A program made the position numbers and the translations under genes. The notes below the pieces were generated by a model. The model did not search any database. It saw nothing but the letters and a program-made list of their open reading frames with translations, and was not told where the DNA came from. A stretch of 64,000 nucleotides of DNA from a virus, in the IMG/VR virus record IMGVR_UViG_3300020810_000992, positions 21,300 to 85,299 of that record; one strand, written 5' to 3'. This document shows, in pieces, positions 36,355 through 47,822 of the stretch. Each line of letters starts with the position of its first letter. The stretch's first letter is position 1.

Positions 36355-37239
36355 TTGGTTAAGAAGTACATCGAAGGCGAGACTAAAGACGATCGTAAGG
36401 CTCGTAAAGAAGCTGAAAAATTACGTAAAGAACAGGAGAAGACGCAGAAAAGTGTCCAACCTGTTCAAGATTTGCCGCAGAAAAATGCGGAACCTCAACC
36501 CGTTGTACAAATACCAAACGAACTAAAAGATACTAAAACATACGTTGTTTGTCTTAAACATGGATCAAAGTATAGTTCAGAATACGTAAACAAACTCTAT
36601 AATATGGTAAAACGACACACTACGTTGCCATATGAGTTTGTTTGTTTTACAGATGATGTACGAGGAATAGACTCACATATCCGTACAATTAATTTACAAC
36701 AGATAGGTGTACATGGTTGGTGGTATAAAGTTATTTTCTTTGATAAAAATTTTCCGCTAAACGGAAATATCTTATATTTTGATTTAGATATTGTAATTAA
36801 TGCTAATATTGATAAACTGTTTATGCATAATATTGATGACTTTGTAATTTGTAGAGACTTTAATCGTTCTCTACGTAAAGACTGGGCCCAAATGAACAGT
36901 AGTATCTTTAGATTAAAATCAGGTAGTATGGGATATGTATACGATGATTTTGTAAAAGACCATGATATGATTATGCGTAGGTTACATGGAGATCAAGACT
37001 GGATTATGGCAAAAGTATATCCTGAAAAAGGAAAATGGAGTTACTGGCCTGATGAGTGGATTCAAAGTTATAAGTGGGAAATGCGAGATAGAGCCGATCT
37101 AGCAAAAATTGGTAACATACGAAATTTTACAAAGAAGGCAGAACCAAAAATTTTGCCTAAAACCTGTGTTGCTGTATTTCATGGTGAACCTCATCCGCAT
37201 CAGTGTGAAGATGATTGGGTTAAGGAGAACTGGAAATAA
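36355..37239 (+). CDS. glycosyltransferase (GT-A fold)
   Basis: CLKHGSKY..YVNKL, CFTD, GWWYK, YFDLD, NSS, GDQDWI, VFHGEPHP. Confidence 0.8.
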   Translation: MVKKYIEGETKDDRKARKEAEKLRKEQEKTQKSVQPVQDLPQKNAEPQPVVQIPNELKDTKTYVVCLKHGSKYSSEYVNKLYNMVKRHTTLPYEFVCFTDDVRGIDSHIRTINLQQIGVHGWWYKVIFFDKNFPLNGNILYFDLDIVINANIDKLFMHNIDDFVICRDFNRSLRKDWAQMNSSIFRLKSGSMGYVYDDFVKDHDMIMRRLHGDQDWIMAKVYPEKGKWSYWPDEWIQSYKWEMRDRADLAKIGNIRNFTKKAEPKILPKTCVAVFHGEPHPHQCEDDWVKENWK

Positions 37240-37537
37240 TGTGGACTTTACTTATTGTTAGTATGGTATTTGCAACAGATGATACTATGGAACCTCGTGT
37301 AGCTGAATACGGCCGGTACGAAACTAAACAAGAATGTTTTGCTGAATGGTACAAGGTAAGTTCAGAATTTACACAAGGCGAAACAGCATGGTGTGAAGGA
37401 ATAGACAATGGATGATTTGGATAACAAGGTAGACATTTGGGAACACCGAAATCTACAAGGCGAAGTCTGGGAACTACAGCGCAAACTTGAAAAACTTCGC
37501 GAAGAGTTTAACGAGTTTAAAAATAGGTTAACTGGCG

Positions 37538-38251
37538 ATGGAAAATAAATTTATATTTGATGTAGACGGCACATTAACCCCAAGCCGTCGTGGAATGGAT
37601 GCAGAGTTTCAAAATTTCTTTTTAGATTTTTGTTATGCTAACAAGGTTTACCTTATTACAGGAAGTGACAATCCTAAAACTGTAGAGCAAGTTGGTGAAG
37701 ATGTTGCTACAGCAGTACAGCGAATTTATAACTGTAGTGGAAATGATATATGGGAAGCCGGTGTTAACGTACACACTAGTGAATGGAATCTACCTGAAGA
37801 TCCTCATCAATGGTTATCAAAAATATTAAGTGAAAGTCAGTTTTCTTTAAGAACAGGCTTACACTTTGAACATCGTCCTGGTATGGTAAATTTTTCAATT
37901 GTAGGACGTAATGCTAACAACGAACAGCGTAAAATGTATGTTGCATGGGATGAAAAGTATAACGAGCGTAATAATATTGCAGGTCAGTTTAATGCTATCT
38001 TTCCAGAACTAGAAGCTCGTCCGGGAGGAGAAACAGGCATTGATATTGCCCCAAAAGGAGCGGATAAAAGCCAAATTGTAAAAGATTTTAGTACAACAGA
38101 TGTATTACATTTCTTTGGCGATCGGATGGACAAAGATGGTAATGATTATCCTTTGAAGAAAGTAATCATTGACAATGATCTAGGAATTTGCTATAATGTA
38201 AACAGTTGGTTAGAAACTTTTAAAATTTTGGAAAAGATACATTATGATTAA
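37538..38251 (+). CDS. HAD-IIB hydrolase, eukaryotic-type phosphomannomutase-like
   Basis: FDVDGTLTPSR, GSD, EHRPGMVNFS, GGETGID, FFGDRMDKDGNDY. Confidence 0.85.
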   Translation: MENKFIFDVDGTLTPSRRGMDAEFQNFFLDFCYANKVYLITGSDNPKTVEQVGEDVATAVQRIYNCSGNDIWEAGVNVHTSEWNLPEDPHQWLSKILSESQFSLRTGLHFEHRPGMVNFSIVGRNANNEQRKMYVAWDEKYNERNNIAGQFNAIFPELEARPGGETGIDIAPKGADKSQIVKDFSTTDVLHFFGDRMDKDGNDYPLKKVIIDNDLGICYNVNSWLETFKILEKIHYD

Positions 38252-39332
38252 ACGTATAGGCTTTGCTTGCAAATATATGCATCCGGATCAGACGCAGAAG
38301 AAGAAACTACTAGAAGAAATTCAACGACCATTGAACACACGTAGCACCACAGTGCAATGGTTAAATAGACAAACAAGAGATGTTGCAGAAGAACGCTTGT
38401 GGGACATCATGGTGCATAACATTCAGTCATACTACAACTTGATTGAATACGTAGGGAGTTTACCTGATGAATTACGAATGGTACGATTGGGCAGTGATGT
38501 CCTTCCTGTATACACTCAGTCTGACTGGTGCTATTACTGGAAACGTAGTGATGTGGTCAGCTATTGCGAAAAGCATTTCGCAAGGGTCGGCGCCCTCGCT
38601 AGAACGCTTGATGTTCGCTTGTCTATGCATCCTGGGCAGTTTACTGTTTTGGCTAGCGACAACGAAGATATAGTAGATAGGAGCATAGAAGAATTTGAAT
38701 ATCACACCGATGTCATCCGCTGGATGGGCTATGGACAGTCATTCCAAGACTTTAAATGCAATGTACACATATCGGGTCGAAAAGGTCCACAAGGCATCAT
38801 CGACGCACTTAAAAGACTCTCGCCTGAAGCAAGAAACACCATCACAATCGAAAACGACGAAAACAAGTGGGGACTCGAACACAGCCTCGAACTTGCAGAC
38901 CACTGCGCACTCGTGCTTGACATACACCATCACTGGTGCCGTGAAGGTGAATACATTCAGCCTACCGACGATAGATTTGCTCGCGTAATTGACAGCTGGC
39001 GTGGTGTGCGTCCTGCAATTCACTACAGTGTTAGTAGAGAAGACTTGCTGGACAGACACGCTAAAGGTAAAAAGCCTAACATGAAGTCATTACTAGAGCA
39101 AGGATTTAAGAAAGCAAAACTACGAGCTCACAGTGATTACATGTGGAACCGTGCTGTTAACGACTGGGCATTAGGATTTAACAACTATGCAGATATTATG
39201 GTAGAGTCAAAGTGTAAGAATCTAGCCAGTATTGCACTACATAAATATAAAACACAAGGAGAACACAAATGGTCAAAAAATGGATTACAGCAAGACTCAG
39301 TGAAAGAACCACTCTTGACGGAGCAATTTTAA
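38244..39332 (+). CDS. uvsE: UV DNA damage endonuclease
   Basis: IGFAC, RLGSD, RLSMHPGQFTVL, TIENDE, VLDIHHH, HYS, AHSDY, MVESK. Confidence 0.92.
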   Translation: MIKRIGFACKYMHPDQTQKKKLLEEIQRPLNTRSTTVQWLNRQTRDVAEERLWDIMVHNIQSYYNLIEYVGSLPDELRMVRLGSDVLPVYTQSDWCYYWKRSDVVSYCEKHFARVGALARTLDVRLSMHPGQFTVLASDNEDIVDRSIEEFEYHTDVIRWMGYGQSFQDFKCNVHISGRKGPQGIIDALKRLSPEARNTITIENDENKWGLEHSLELADHCALVLDIHHHWCREGEYIQPTDDRFARVIDSWRGVRPAIHYSVSREDLLDRHAKGKKPNMKSLLEQGFKKAKLRAHSDYMWNRAVNDWALGFNNYADIMVESKCKNLASIALHKYKTQGEHKWSKNGLQQDSVKEPLLTEQF

Positions 39333-39436
39333 TCGGCGCAGGCGTAGCGTTCTTAATCTTTAAACCAATTGCAAGCCTAGTAGCATACGGTGCTATTGCT
39401 TACGGTGCTTGGACAATCTACAAAAGAGAAGACTAA
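39269..39436 (+). CDS. small membrane protein (not in ORF track)
   Basis: TAAATA and AGGAG upstream; MVKKWITARLSERTTLDGAILIGAGVAFLIFKPIASLVAYGAIAYGAWTIYKRED. Confidence 0.6.
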   Translation: MVKKWITARLSERTTLDGAILIGAGVAFLIFKPIASLVAYGAIAYGAWTIYKRED

Positions 39437-39720
39437 AGTTTATCAATTGTAGTGTCAACATCAACTGACAAATCAAGTCTTTTACGTTGCTCAACACCTT
39501 TACGTTGAGCAAATCGTTTAGGATCGCAATCAGGGCAAACGTGGATATAGAAGTCGTCTAATCGCTTCGGGTCCACTTTGCCCTTTTCTCTTTTAAACTC
39601 TTGATGACAGTCATCGCATTCAAAGACAGCATAACTACGTAGTCGCTTGTAAGGATGAGTCTTTCCCTTCTTACTTTTGCGCACATAAAATCTAATTTCT
39701 TTTTCTATTCTTTTGAACAT
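39433..39720 (-). CDS. small zinc-finger-like protein
   Basis: CDDC...CPDC; basic; likely start MFKRIEK. Confidence 0.6.
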   Translation of the reverse strand: MFKRIEKEIRFYVRKSKKGKTHPYKRLRSYAVFECDDCHQEFKREKGKVDPKRLDDFYIHVCPDCDPKRFAQRKGVEQRKRLDLSVDVDTTIDKL

Positions 39721-39779
39721 ATTGTATTTATTTACGTTCGGATTATAGAATATAACATAAATACATAGGAGTAAGTTAA

Positions 39780-40103
39780 ATGAGCATAGTAAAATTAACA
39801 GACGAAGCAATAAATCAGATGAGCACCATGCTTAAAGAGCATGATAGAGGTGCTATTAGACTAAGCATGCAAGGCGGCGGATGTGCTGGTTTTAAGTATA
39901 ACTGGGAATTAGAAGATGCTCCTGACGAAAACGATGAAGTAATTGACTTACCAGATGGGAAATTTGTAATTGACAAGGCGAGCATAATGTTTTTGTTAGG
40001 CTCAACAATAGATTACAAAAAAGAAGTATTTGGTTCGTACTTCGATATAAAGAACCCTGCAAGCACCAGTAGTTGTGGTTGCGGTGAAAGCGTAGGATTT
40101 TAA
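39780..40103 (+). CDS. iscA: A-type Fe-S carrier (IscA/SufA/HesB family)
   Basis: GGGCAGFKY, GSTIDY, NP..SSCGCGES. Confidence 0.9.
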   Translation: MSIVKLTDEAINQMSTMLKEHDRGAIRLSMQGGGCAGFKYNWELEDAPDENDEVIDLPDGKFVIDKASIMFLLGSTIDYKKEVFGSYFDIKNPASTSSCGCGESVGF

Positions 40104-40106
40104 TCA

Positions 40107-43100
40107 ATGGCAAAACAAGATATTTACTTAGGTGTTGAGGGTAACGACGGTACTGGTGATAGTATTCGCGAATCGTTTCGTAAAGCAAATGAAAACTTTA
40201 CAGAACTTTATGCTGTCTTTGGACAGGGCGGAACTATTAGTTTTACTGCACTAAACGATACTCCAACAGCAATTACACCGAGCGGATTACTAATTGGTAA
40301 CACTGCTGGTACAGAATTAGTACAAAAAACTCTTACAGCAGGCGACGGTATTAGCATTGACAATTCAAGTTCAAGTAATATTACTATTACTAATACAGGT
40401 GCAAATATTAACGCTGACACTAGTCCAATTTTAGGTGGACCTCTCAGTGGCAACAGAGTTTATTCTATTGGACTAATTGCAACATCACCAGAGGCTATTG
40501 CAGAATTTAATACTACACATGGTTCGAGCATTACTATTGATGATCTTGTTACAGACAAAAAATTCCAAGATCAATACTACGCACCAAATGTAACATTTGA
40601 ACCAAATAAATCTGTTCTTGCACGTCAAGAACCTTCTAACGCTAGTGAATATCAAAAAACAATTAGTGAGTACAGAGGCGGAAATCTTGTAATTAATGAT
40701 CACGGTCTAGATTGGAGTGCAAACGGAACTAAATGGCGCTACTCTACAACTGGAACTCCTCCAGGAGGACTGACAAACAATACTGATTACTTTATTCGTT
40801 TTGTAAATGAAGATCAAGTTAGTATTCATGCAACAAAAGAAGAAGCACAAAATAACAATGATACATCAAGACAAGCAGTTAGCATTGCACTTGGTGTAAC
40901 TACACAACCAAATGGTCAAGACTTTATTAAAGATATTACATACGATGAATCGCTATACGGATTTTACAAAGATGACGAAGCACTTCCACGTAAAAATGTA
41001 GTTAGACGTCAAGGTGATAAAATGGAAGGTGCTCTATACCTTCATGATCATCCCGGAGATTTGTCAGGAGTTGACACAGGAAATGCTGAAGACTTGCAAG
41101 CCGCAAGTAAATTATACGTAGACAATACATCATATGCATCAACTGAAGATTTATTTGTTACTAAACAAGGCGATGACACACAAGCACGTACTCCAGTAGG
41201 CCTTGAAGGTCGCGGACTTAGTTATGCTTATGGCAGTTTAAAGGCAGCGTGTTTAAAAGCACAAGAAATTGTAGAAACTGCTCCAATTGAACCAGGTGCA
41301 TATAGACAAACAATTACATATGACGATGGTAAAGGAGTGTCCCTAGTAGTTGCAGAAGGAACTACTAACTTAAACACTTCTGCAGAAAATGCAATTACGT
41401 ACCTAAGAAAAAATAAATTATTCATACAAAAAGCAATCATTGATTATGTAAACGATACATTCCCAAGTCTTTCATATCAAGCAACTAATGTTATTAATCC
41501 AAGTACCGAATCAATTCTTTTTAGAAATAAAGAATTTATTATGGAAGAAGTTAAAGCATGGATTAACCATAATATTGGTAATGCTAGTGTTGGTACACTA
41601 TGGTATGACTTTAGATATAATAGTGCTAAATGTAAACGAGATGTAGGCTATATTGTTGATGCTTGGATTAACGACTTGTCAAAAGGTGGCAACATTGAAA
41701 CACGCAGAGTTGCATCTAGTTATCTAGCTGGATTAAGAAATGCTGTAGGTAGATCAGATAATCTAAGCAACACTCAAGATCAAATTGCACAAACAAATGC
41801 CGCAATTGAATTTGCTAGAGATCTTGTAAAGCAATATGTTCTTACAAATACAGCATATACTCCTAAACAAGGAACATTTGTTGTTGATGCAAATAACTTA
41901 ACAGCAGTTAGTTTTGAATTTTATATTGGTTCGTCATCTAAAGTACATACATATGTGAACGGCGGACTAGTAAATGGTAACTTAAATGTAAGCAACTTTA
42001 CTTACGATAACGTTACTGGTATTGCTACACTGACAACTACAACCAACCACGGATTTAGTGCAGGTGACGTTGTTTCAATAAGCGGAATTAATATCAGTTG
42101 TACAGATGGCAACTTAGTTTATCCAGAGAGCTTCTTACAAGATACTACCAACGGATATATTGTAGAATCAGGATCTGGAAACAAAGATGTTATCGGAAGA
42201 GCTGATATACTTACAACGACAATTACTGATGTAATTTCAAATGGTTTAACTGCTCTAGCAAATCCAATAGGAACAGAATTGCCAGGCACTACCTGTGAGC
42301 GTGATGTTGGATTAATGATCGAAGGAATGATCCTCGATATTGGAAATGGAACAAATGCTAATATCAATGCACTACAATCAGCACTAAGATATTTTAATAG
42401 TCCATCTGGTGCAAAGGCAAGAATTACACAAGGTGTTGAAACAAGAGCCGCTATTGCTAAATTAAAACAAATTGTTAATCAAGTTATTAGTAACGTTGAT
42501 TTGCTAACACAGTCTAAAAGATTTGCTGTTACTCCAAATAATCTAGCAACTAATACGTTCGAAGTAAATGTTGGAGTGTCAACCGTCGTTCATACATATG
42601 TAACCGGCGGTACTATTACATTTGGCGGTAATACATTTGATGTAAGCAACTTTGCATACAACAACATAACAGGATTAGCTGTAGTTACTACAACTACTGC
42701 ACACGGACTTAGTTCAGGTGATGTTGTTGTAATTGAAAATGTTGTATTTGAATGTGCAGGATACGAAGGTACTAAAATTTATCCAACTGATTACACAACA
42801 TCAGTACCGCAATGGCTAAACAGCAACATTAATGATGTTAGTAGTACAGTTAAAGATGCTATTAATACAAAATTCGATATTATTTTAGATATCCTTACTA
42901 ACGGATTCATTGCAAAAGATAACTATACTCCTGTTGAAGGAAGCACTTATACTATTGACTTTAGTAACGGTGCAGGTAATGATAGTACTGACCAAGGTAT
43001 TAATACAAACGTTGATATTCTTCCAGGAAAAATTATTGTTGGTAAGACATCAGGAGCAAGAGGACGCATTGTAAAATATATAAGCGGTCTAGACTTAGGT

Positions 43101-46100
43101 GGTACAGTATACGACAGAGTCGAAGTTGTGTTAATTGAGCCAACACTATTTAAAATTGGTGAAGAACTTGAATACGGTAACCCAACTGCTGAAAAGCAAA
43201 TTACTATTCACGTTGAGTCTGGTATTTACTATGAAGATTATCCAATTAAAGTTCCTGCTAACGTTTCTGTTAAAGGTTCGGACTTTAGACGTTGTCAAAT
43301 ACGTCCTGCAAGAAGAATTTCACAATCGCCATGGGTACGCACATACTTCTATAGAGACAAGTTATTAGATAATCTTAAAATTACAGATTGGTATGGTGCA
43401 GATATTGCAACAGCGCAGGACATTAGTCTTACAGGTACAAACGAAGTTGGCGGTACTATTACAGTAACTCCAGCAGATAATATTTCTCCAACAGCCTGGG
43501 ACGGCGCTTGGTTCTATACCGACAACGGAGCAGTTGGTTTAATTAGTAATGCCGACGGTGGAAGTAGTTTTGATGTTACTTTGACTGTAGATATTTTACC
43601 AAACTTAAATAATATTTCTAGTGGTGCATGGCATATTAAACAAACAAGAAATTATGGATACCATTACTTAACAGATCCTAATGATTCAACTAGTGTTCCT
43701 AAGACTAATGATCAAATGGATGTGTTCTTAATGAACGATGCAACAAGACTTGCAAATATGTCATTCCAAGGACACGGAGGCTTTGCACAGGTACTTGATC
43801 CTGCAGGTCAAATCCTTATTAAATCACCTTACACACAGGTTTGTGGTAGCTTCTCCGGAAGTATTAATAAACAGGCATTCCGAGGTGGTATGTATATTGA
43901 CGGTTTTGCTGGTAACTTAGAAACAGTTATTACTAGTAAAGACGACAACTATACACTTAATGTTCAATCGGCAGCAGGTACAGGTTTAAGAATTAGAAAA
44001 CCACAAACACCTGCTCCATTCTTTATTAATGGTATAAGATATCAAGTTGATGCAGTTTCAGAATACGACGGCGGGACAGGTACAGCAAAATTATTAATTA
44101 ACAAACTTTCAAATGAAGGTAATGGGTATACTGATAGTACATTCCCACAGCCAATCTTTATCCAGACTGCTGGTAACAGAAGTATGTTGGCAAACGACTA
44201 TACTCAGGTTAACGATTTAGGTTACGGATTGTTCTGTAACAATGCGTCACTGTCAGAGCAAGTTTCAACATTTACATACTACAACCACACAGCGTTCTTT
44301 AGTAATAATGGTTCGGAAATTAGAGCTCTAAACTGTTCTAACGCCAACGGTAACTATGGACTTGTTGCCGCTGGATCAGATCCAAACGAAACTGTTGACA
44401 TTGTTACTTCACTACGTAATATGCAACAGCCTGCTAAAGTATATAATGATCCAACTAACGTATACGGATTTGGTGAATTTAATCATAATGCAGGTAACTT
44501 TAGTATATTTGTTTATGATTGTGACTATCATCCATATGCAAATAGTATTGTTGATGTTTATACTTCCTCAGGAGTTACATCATACGAAGTAACAGCAGTT
44601 AGTGCAGTTGATGTTCCAGTTAGTAATACTGGTGGATACTCGGGTGCTACCGGACCAACTGGAAGAAAAGGTGCTAATCAAACGATTTATAGGTTATCAG
44701 TTTCAGGCGACACTGGATTAGAAAATGCTATTACTGGTTTACATAATCCTGCATTAGCAAGTGATGCTTCACCATATGTAACAATACGTATGAACAAGAA
44801 TCACTTGTTCGACGATGTTGCAGGTGTTACAAGTATTAGACCTTCAACAGCAGTTATCTTTGAAGAAAATACAGATAGAGTATATAGAAGTATTAGCTTT
44901 AATAATCAAGACAGTGATAACAGTGCATTACCTGCAGATCGATTCCAGATTGTATTTGATGGCGGCTTTAGTCACGTTAACTTAACAATGCGTAATGTAG
45001 AAGCGGCATTGAACACTTATGCAGGTGTTGGTACAACAATGGGTGCTACAGCAGGTGACGTTGTGCTTGCTATTGAAAAAGTAACAGCAAGTTTACAAGC
45101 TAGACTTGCAAATAACGATATGATTTTCTCCTTCCACGGAAAAACACACATTGTTGCAAACTATACAGACAGAGGCGACTATGCTACTGTACAACTAAAT
45201 GACTTACCTGCAAGTAATATTAATAGTGTAGGTGGATTGTTTAGTGCATCTGGACTTGCAGAATCTATTATATTCAGTGGAAACGCAACAAGAACTATTC
45301 CTCTTTCGTTACAAGATGGAGAAAGTGCTAGTATCACAGTTGGTATTTCAACACTAAGAGCTAACGGACATGACTTTGATAAAATTGGTACTGGCGGTTT
45401 CAACACTACTAACTATCCAAGTATTATTTACGGTGATCCAGTTAAGCCAGCGGCACAGGCAAACGAAGTCAATGAACGAGGCAAAGGGCGTGTGTTCTTT
45501 GCAAGTACTGACCAAGACGGATTCTTTAGAATTGGTAAGTTCTTTAGTGTAGACCAAGGAACAGGTACTGTTACATTTGCGGCAAGTATTGCTATTAGTA
45601 ACTTGGATGGACTTGGATTTAAACAAGGTGTTAGAATTACAGAATTTAGTAATGATGATACAATGTCAGATGCTGATCCAGCGGCTGTTCCTACAGAGTT
45701 TGCCGCTGAAGGATTTATAACACGTAGACTACATTTTGATAGAAACGGTACTAAGCTAGTTACAGGAACAATTGGTGCAGGTGTACTAGCAAGAGATGGT
45801 ACTACTGAAATAACCGGCGATATTAATGCTGGCGGCTATAAGTTCTATAATCATGCTGATCCAACAAATCTTCAAGATGTTACAACTAAAAGTTATGTTG
45901 ATGCTAGAACACCATTTGGCCCAGAAGCAATTGGTGCTAATATTGGAAATAGACAAACTAACGACATACTAGTCTGGAGCGGTACAAATTACGATAATCA
46001 TACACTAGCAGGTGACGTTTCATTAACAGTAGCAGGTAACGTTGCTACATTTGCAATTACTTCAGATAGTATTGTAAATGGAGATATCAATTCAAATGCA

Positions 46101-47291
46101 GGTATACTACAAAGTAAACTTGCAATGAACGCGGCTACTACTAGAGCAAATGCTACTGGTATTGTACAAGCAGATTTAGGACTAGCAAGTTTTGATAGTG
46201 GTGACTTTACTGTAACCAATGGTTGGGTAACACTAAAAGATAGTTCAGTTGATTTTGCTGATTTACCAGAAATTGCACAAAATACAGTGTTTGGTCGAAC
46301 AAACGCAAGTGCAGGAGATGCATCAGCTGTTACATTTGCTGATGTTGTTAACATTGGTGGGTCATTTACTACAACAGGCGTTGCAGACAGAATTGTTAAA
46401 ACAGGAACTGATGGTAGAATTGATGCACAGTCGTACTGGTTAGATAACTATAAAATTCTAGACCAAACTTCAAATACAATGACAATGACAACACCGGGTG
46501 GTGCTAAAGTGTTTGATACTGTTGGTACAGTACCAAGTAATACTACTTCAACATTCCCTGGAACAATAAAAATTGGTAGTACAAATAGTGTTCCGTCATT
46601 CTTCCAAAAGAATAGTAGTTATGGTGATCCGTCAGATGCTACACAGAACTCACCTGTATTAGCAAGTGACTGGATGTATACGTCATTTATTGAAGCGCCT
46701 GGCGAAAAGGGTGCTTCAAGTACAGGCATTGCAATTGGTGCTGGTACAGGATTTAGTAGTGCTGGTGAAGTTAGTATTGTAGCAAATAATAACGTTGCTT
46801 CAGTAATATTTAAACAGTCAGCAGTAACACCAAGTTCAAATGGTGGTTATGACTTAGGTACTAGTAATTTAAAGTTCGGTACAATTTACGGTACAGCAAC
46901 AGCGGCACAATATGCTGACTTAGCAGAAAATTATTTAGGAGATAATAGTTATGAACCTGGTACAGTGCTTGTATTCGGCGGACAAAATGAAGTAACTATA
47001 ACAGACAAAGTAGGCGACAGAAGAGTAGCAGGTGTTGTTAGTACAAATCCTGCACACTTAATGAATGTTGATTTGTTTGGTGATTTTGTAAACGCAGTTG
47101 CATTAACAGGTAGAGTACCTTGTAAAGTATTAGGGCGGGTAGAAAAAGGAGACTTACTAGTTACGAGTGCTATCCCGGGCTACGCTATTGTAGACAATGA
47201 TCCTAAGATAGGAACTGTAATAGGTAAGGCGGTGGCCAGCAAAGACACCGATGACCGCGGAACAGTTGAAGTGGTTGTAGGGAGAGTATAA
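40107..47291 (+). CDS. giant virion structural protein (tail fibre/baseplate), 2394 aa
   Basis: T4 gp9/gp10-like N-terminus (NDGTGDSIRESFRKANENF), internal repeats, C-terminal YADLAE...VALTGRVPCKV chaperone/autoprocessing-like domain. Confidence 0.75.
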   Translation: MAKQDIYLGVEGNDGTGDSIRESFRKANENFTELYAVFGQGGTISFTALNDTPTAITPSGLLIGNTAGTELVQKTLTAGDGISIDNSSSSNITITNTGANINADTSPILGGPLSGNRVYSIGLIATSPEAIAEFNTTHGSSITIDDLVTDKKFQDQYYAPNVTFEPNKSVLARQEPSNASEYQKTISEYRGGNLVINDHGLDWSANGTKWRYSTTGTPPGGLTNNTDYFIRFVNEDQVSIHATKEEAQNNNDTSRQAVSIALGVTTQPNGQDFIKDITYDESLYGFYKDDEALPRKNVVRRQGDKMEGALYLHDHPGDLSGVDTGNAEDLQAASKLYVDNTSYASTEDLFVTKQGDDTQARTPVGLEGRGLSYAYGSLKAACLKAQEIVETAPIEPGAYRQTITYDDGKGVSLVVAEGTTNLNTSAENAITYLRKNKLFIQKAIIDYVNDTFPSLSYQATNVINPSTESILFRNKEFIMEEVKAWINHNIGNASVGTLWYDFRYNSAKCKRDVGYIVDAWINDLSKGGNIETRRVASSYLAGLRNAVGRSDNLSNTQDQIAQTNAAIEFARDLVKQYVLTNTAYTPKQGTFVVDANNLTAVSFEFYIGSSSKVHTYVNGGLVNGNLNVSNFTYDNVTGIATLTTTTNHGFSAGDVVSISGINISCTDGNLVYPESFLQDTTNGYIVESGSGNKDVIGRADILTTTITDVISNGLTALANPIGTELPGTTCERDVGLMIEGMILDIGNGTNANINALQSALRYFNSPSGAKARITQGVETRAAIAKLKQIVNQVISNVDLLTQSKRFAVTPNNLATNTFEVNVGVSTVVHTYVTGGTITFGGNTFDVSNFAYNNITGLAVVTTTTAHGLSSGDVVVIENVVFECAGYEGTKIYPTDYTTSVPQWLNSNINDVSSTVKDAINTKFDIILDILTNGFIAKDNYTPVEGSTYTIDFSNGAGNDSTDQGINTNVDILPGKIIVGKTSGARGRIVKYISGLDLGGTVYDRVEVVLIEPTLFKIGEELEYGNPTAEKQITIHVESGIYYEDYPIKVPANVSVKGSDFRRCQIRPARRISQSPWVRTYFYRDKLLDNLKITDWYGADIATAQDISLTGTNEVGGTITVTPADNISPTAWDGAWFYTDNGAVGLISNADGGSSFDVTLTVDILPNLNNISSGAWHIKQTRNYGYHYLTDPNDSTSVPKTNDQMDVFLMNDATRLANMSFQGHGGFAQVLDPAGQILIKSPYTQVCGSFSGSINKQAFRGGMYIDGFAGNLETVITSKDDNYTLNVQSAAGTGLRIRKPQTPAPFFINGIRYQVDAVSEYDGGTGTAKLLINKLSNEGNGYTDSTFPQPIFIQTAGNRSMLANDYTQVNDLGYGLFCNNASLSEQVSTFTYYNHTAFFSNNGSEIRALNCSNANGNYGLVAAGSDPNETVDIVTSLRNMQQPAKVYNDPTNVYGFGEFNHNAGNFSIFVYDCDYHPYANSIVDVYTSSGVTSYEVTAVSAVDVPVSNTGGYSGATGPTGRKGANQTIYRLSVSGDTGLENAITGLHNPALASDASPYVTIRMNKNHLFDDVAGVTSIRPSTAVIFEENTDRVYRSISFNNQDSDNSALPADRFQIVFDGGFSHVNLTMRNVEAALNTYAGVGTTMGATAGDVVLAIEKVTASLQARLANNDMIFSFHGKTHIVANYTDRGDYATVQLNDLPASNINSVGGLFSASGLAESIIFSGNATRTIPLSLQDGESASITVGISTLRANGHDFDKIGTGGFNTTNYPSIIYGDPVKPAAQANEVNERGKGRVFFASTDQDGFFRIGKFFSVDQGTGTVTFAASIAISNLDGLGFKQGVRITEFSNDDTMSDADPAAVPTEFAAEGFITRRLHFDRNGTKLVTGTIGAGVLARDGTTEITGDINAGGYKFYNHADPTNLQDVTTKSYVDARTPFGPEAIGANIGNRQTNDILVWSGTNYDNHTLAGDVSLTVAGNVATFAITSDSIVNGDINSNAGILQSKLAMNAATTRANATGIVQADLGLASFDSGDFTVTNGWVTLKDSSVDFADLPEIAQNTVFGRTNASAGDASAVTFADVVNIGGSFTTTGVADRIVKTGTDGRIDAQSYWLDNYKILDQTSNTMTMTTPGGAKVFDTVGTVPSNTTSTFPGTIKIGSTNSVPSFFQKNSSYGDPSDATQNSPVLASDWMYTSFIEAPGEKGASSTGIAIGAGTGFSSAGEVSIVANNNVASVIFKQSAVTPSSNGGYDLGTSNLKFGTIYGTATAAQYADLAENYLGDNSYEPGTVLVFGGQNEVTITDKVGDRRVAGVVSTNPAHLMNVDLFGDFVNAVALTGRVPCKVLGRVEKGDLLVTSAIPGYAIVDNDPKIGTVIGKAVASKDTDDRGTVEVVVGRV

Positions 47292-47812
47292 TGGCACAGC
47301 AAATTATAAACATCGGAACTAGTGCTAACAAGGGCAACGGTGATCCAATTAGAACAGCTTTCACAAAAGTTAATGATAATTTTACAGAAGTATACGCAAA
47401 AATTGTTGCTATTGAAAATGGAACAATTAATGTTGTAATTTCAGATGTTAAAGGTAGTGTGCATGCTGATGATAGTACACTAATGATTGACGGAATATCT
47501 GCACAAGTTGTTGGTCCTGTTAATAATAGTAGTGTAATAACTACATCTTTAGTAGCAACAACACTAACAGGAGATCTAACAGGCGATGTTACAGGAAATG
47601 TAACAGGAACAGTAACTGGAACACTTTTAGGTAACAGTACAGGATATCATACAGGTGATATTACAGGTAGTGTTTTTGCAGACAATAGTACAATACTAGT
47701 AGATGCAGTAAATGGAACAATACCAGGCTATGTAAGTTTAACAGTTTTAAAAGCGACAGCGGCAGCAAGTATAGACTTCACCGACTTTCAAACAAGAATA
47801 GCGGCATTATAA
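47291..47812 (+). CDS. structural protein with gp9/gp10-like N-terminus
   Basis: NKGNGDPIRTAFTKVNDNF; TGDL/TGDV/TGNV repeats. Confidence 0.7.
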   Translation: MAQQIINIGTSANKGNGDPIRTAFTKVNDNFTEVYAKIVAIENGTINVVISDVKGSVHADDSTLMIDGISAQVVGPVNNSSVITTSLVATTLTGDLTGDVTGNVTGTVTGTLLGNSTGYHTGDITGSVFADNSTILVDAVNGTIPGYVSLTVLKATAAASIDFTDFQTRIAAL

Positions 47813-47822
47813 GGATAAAGAT

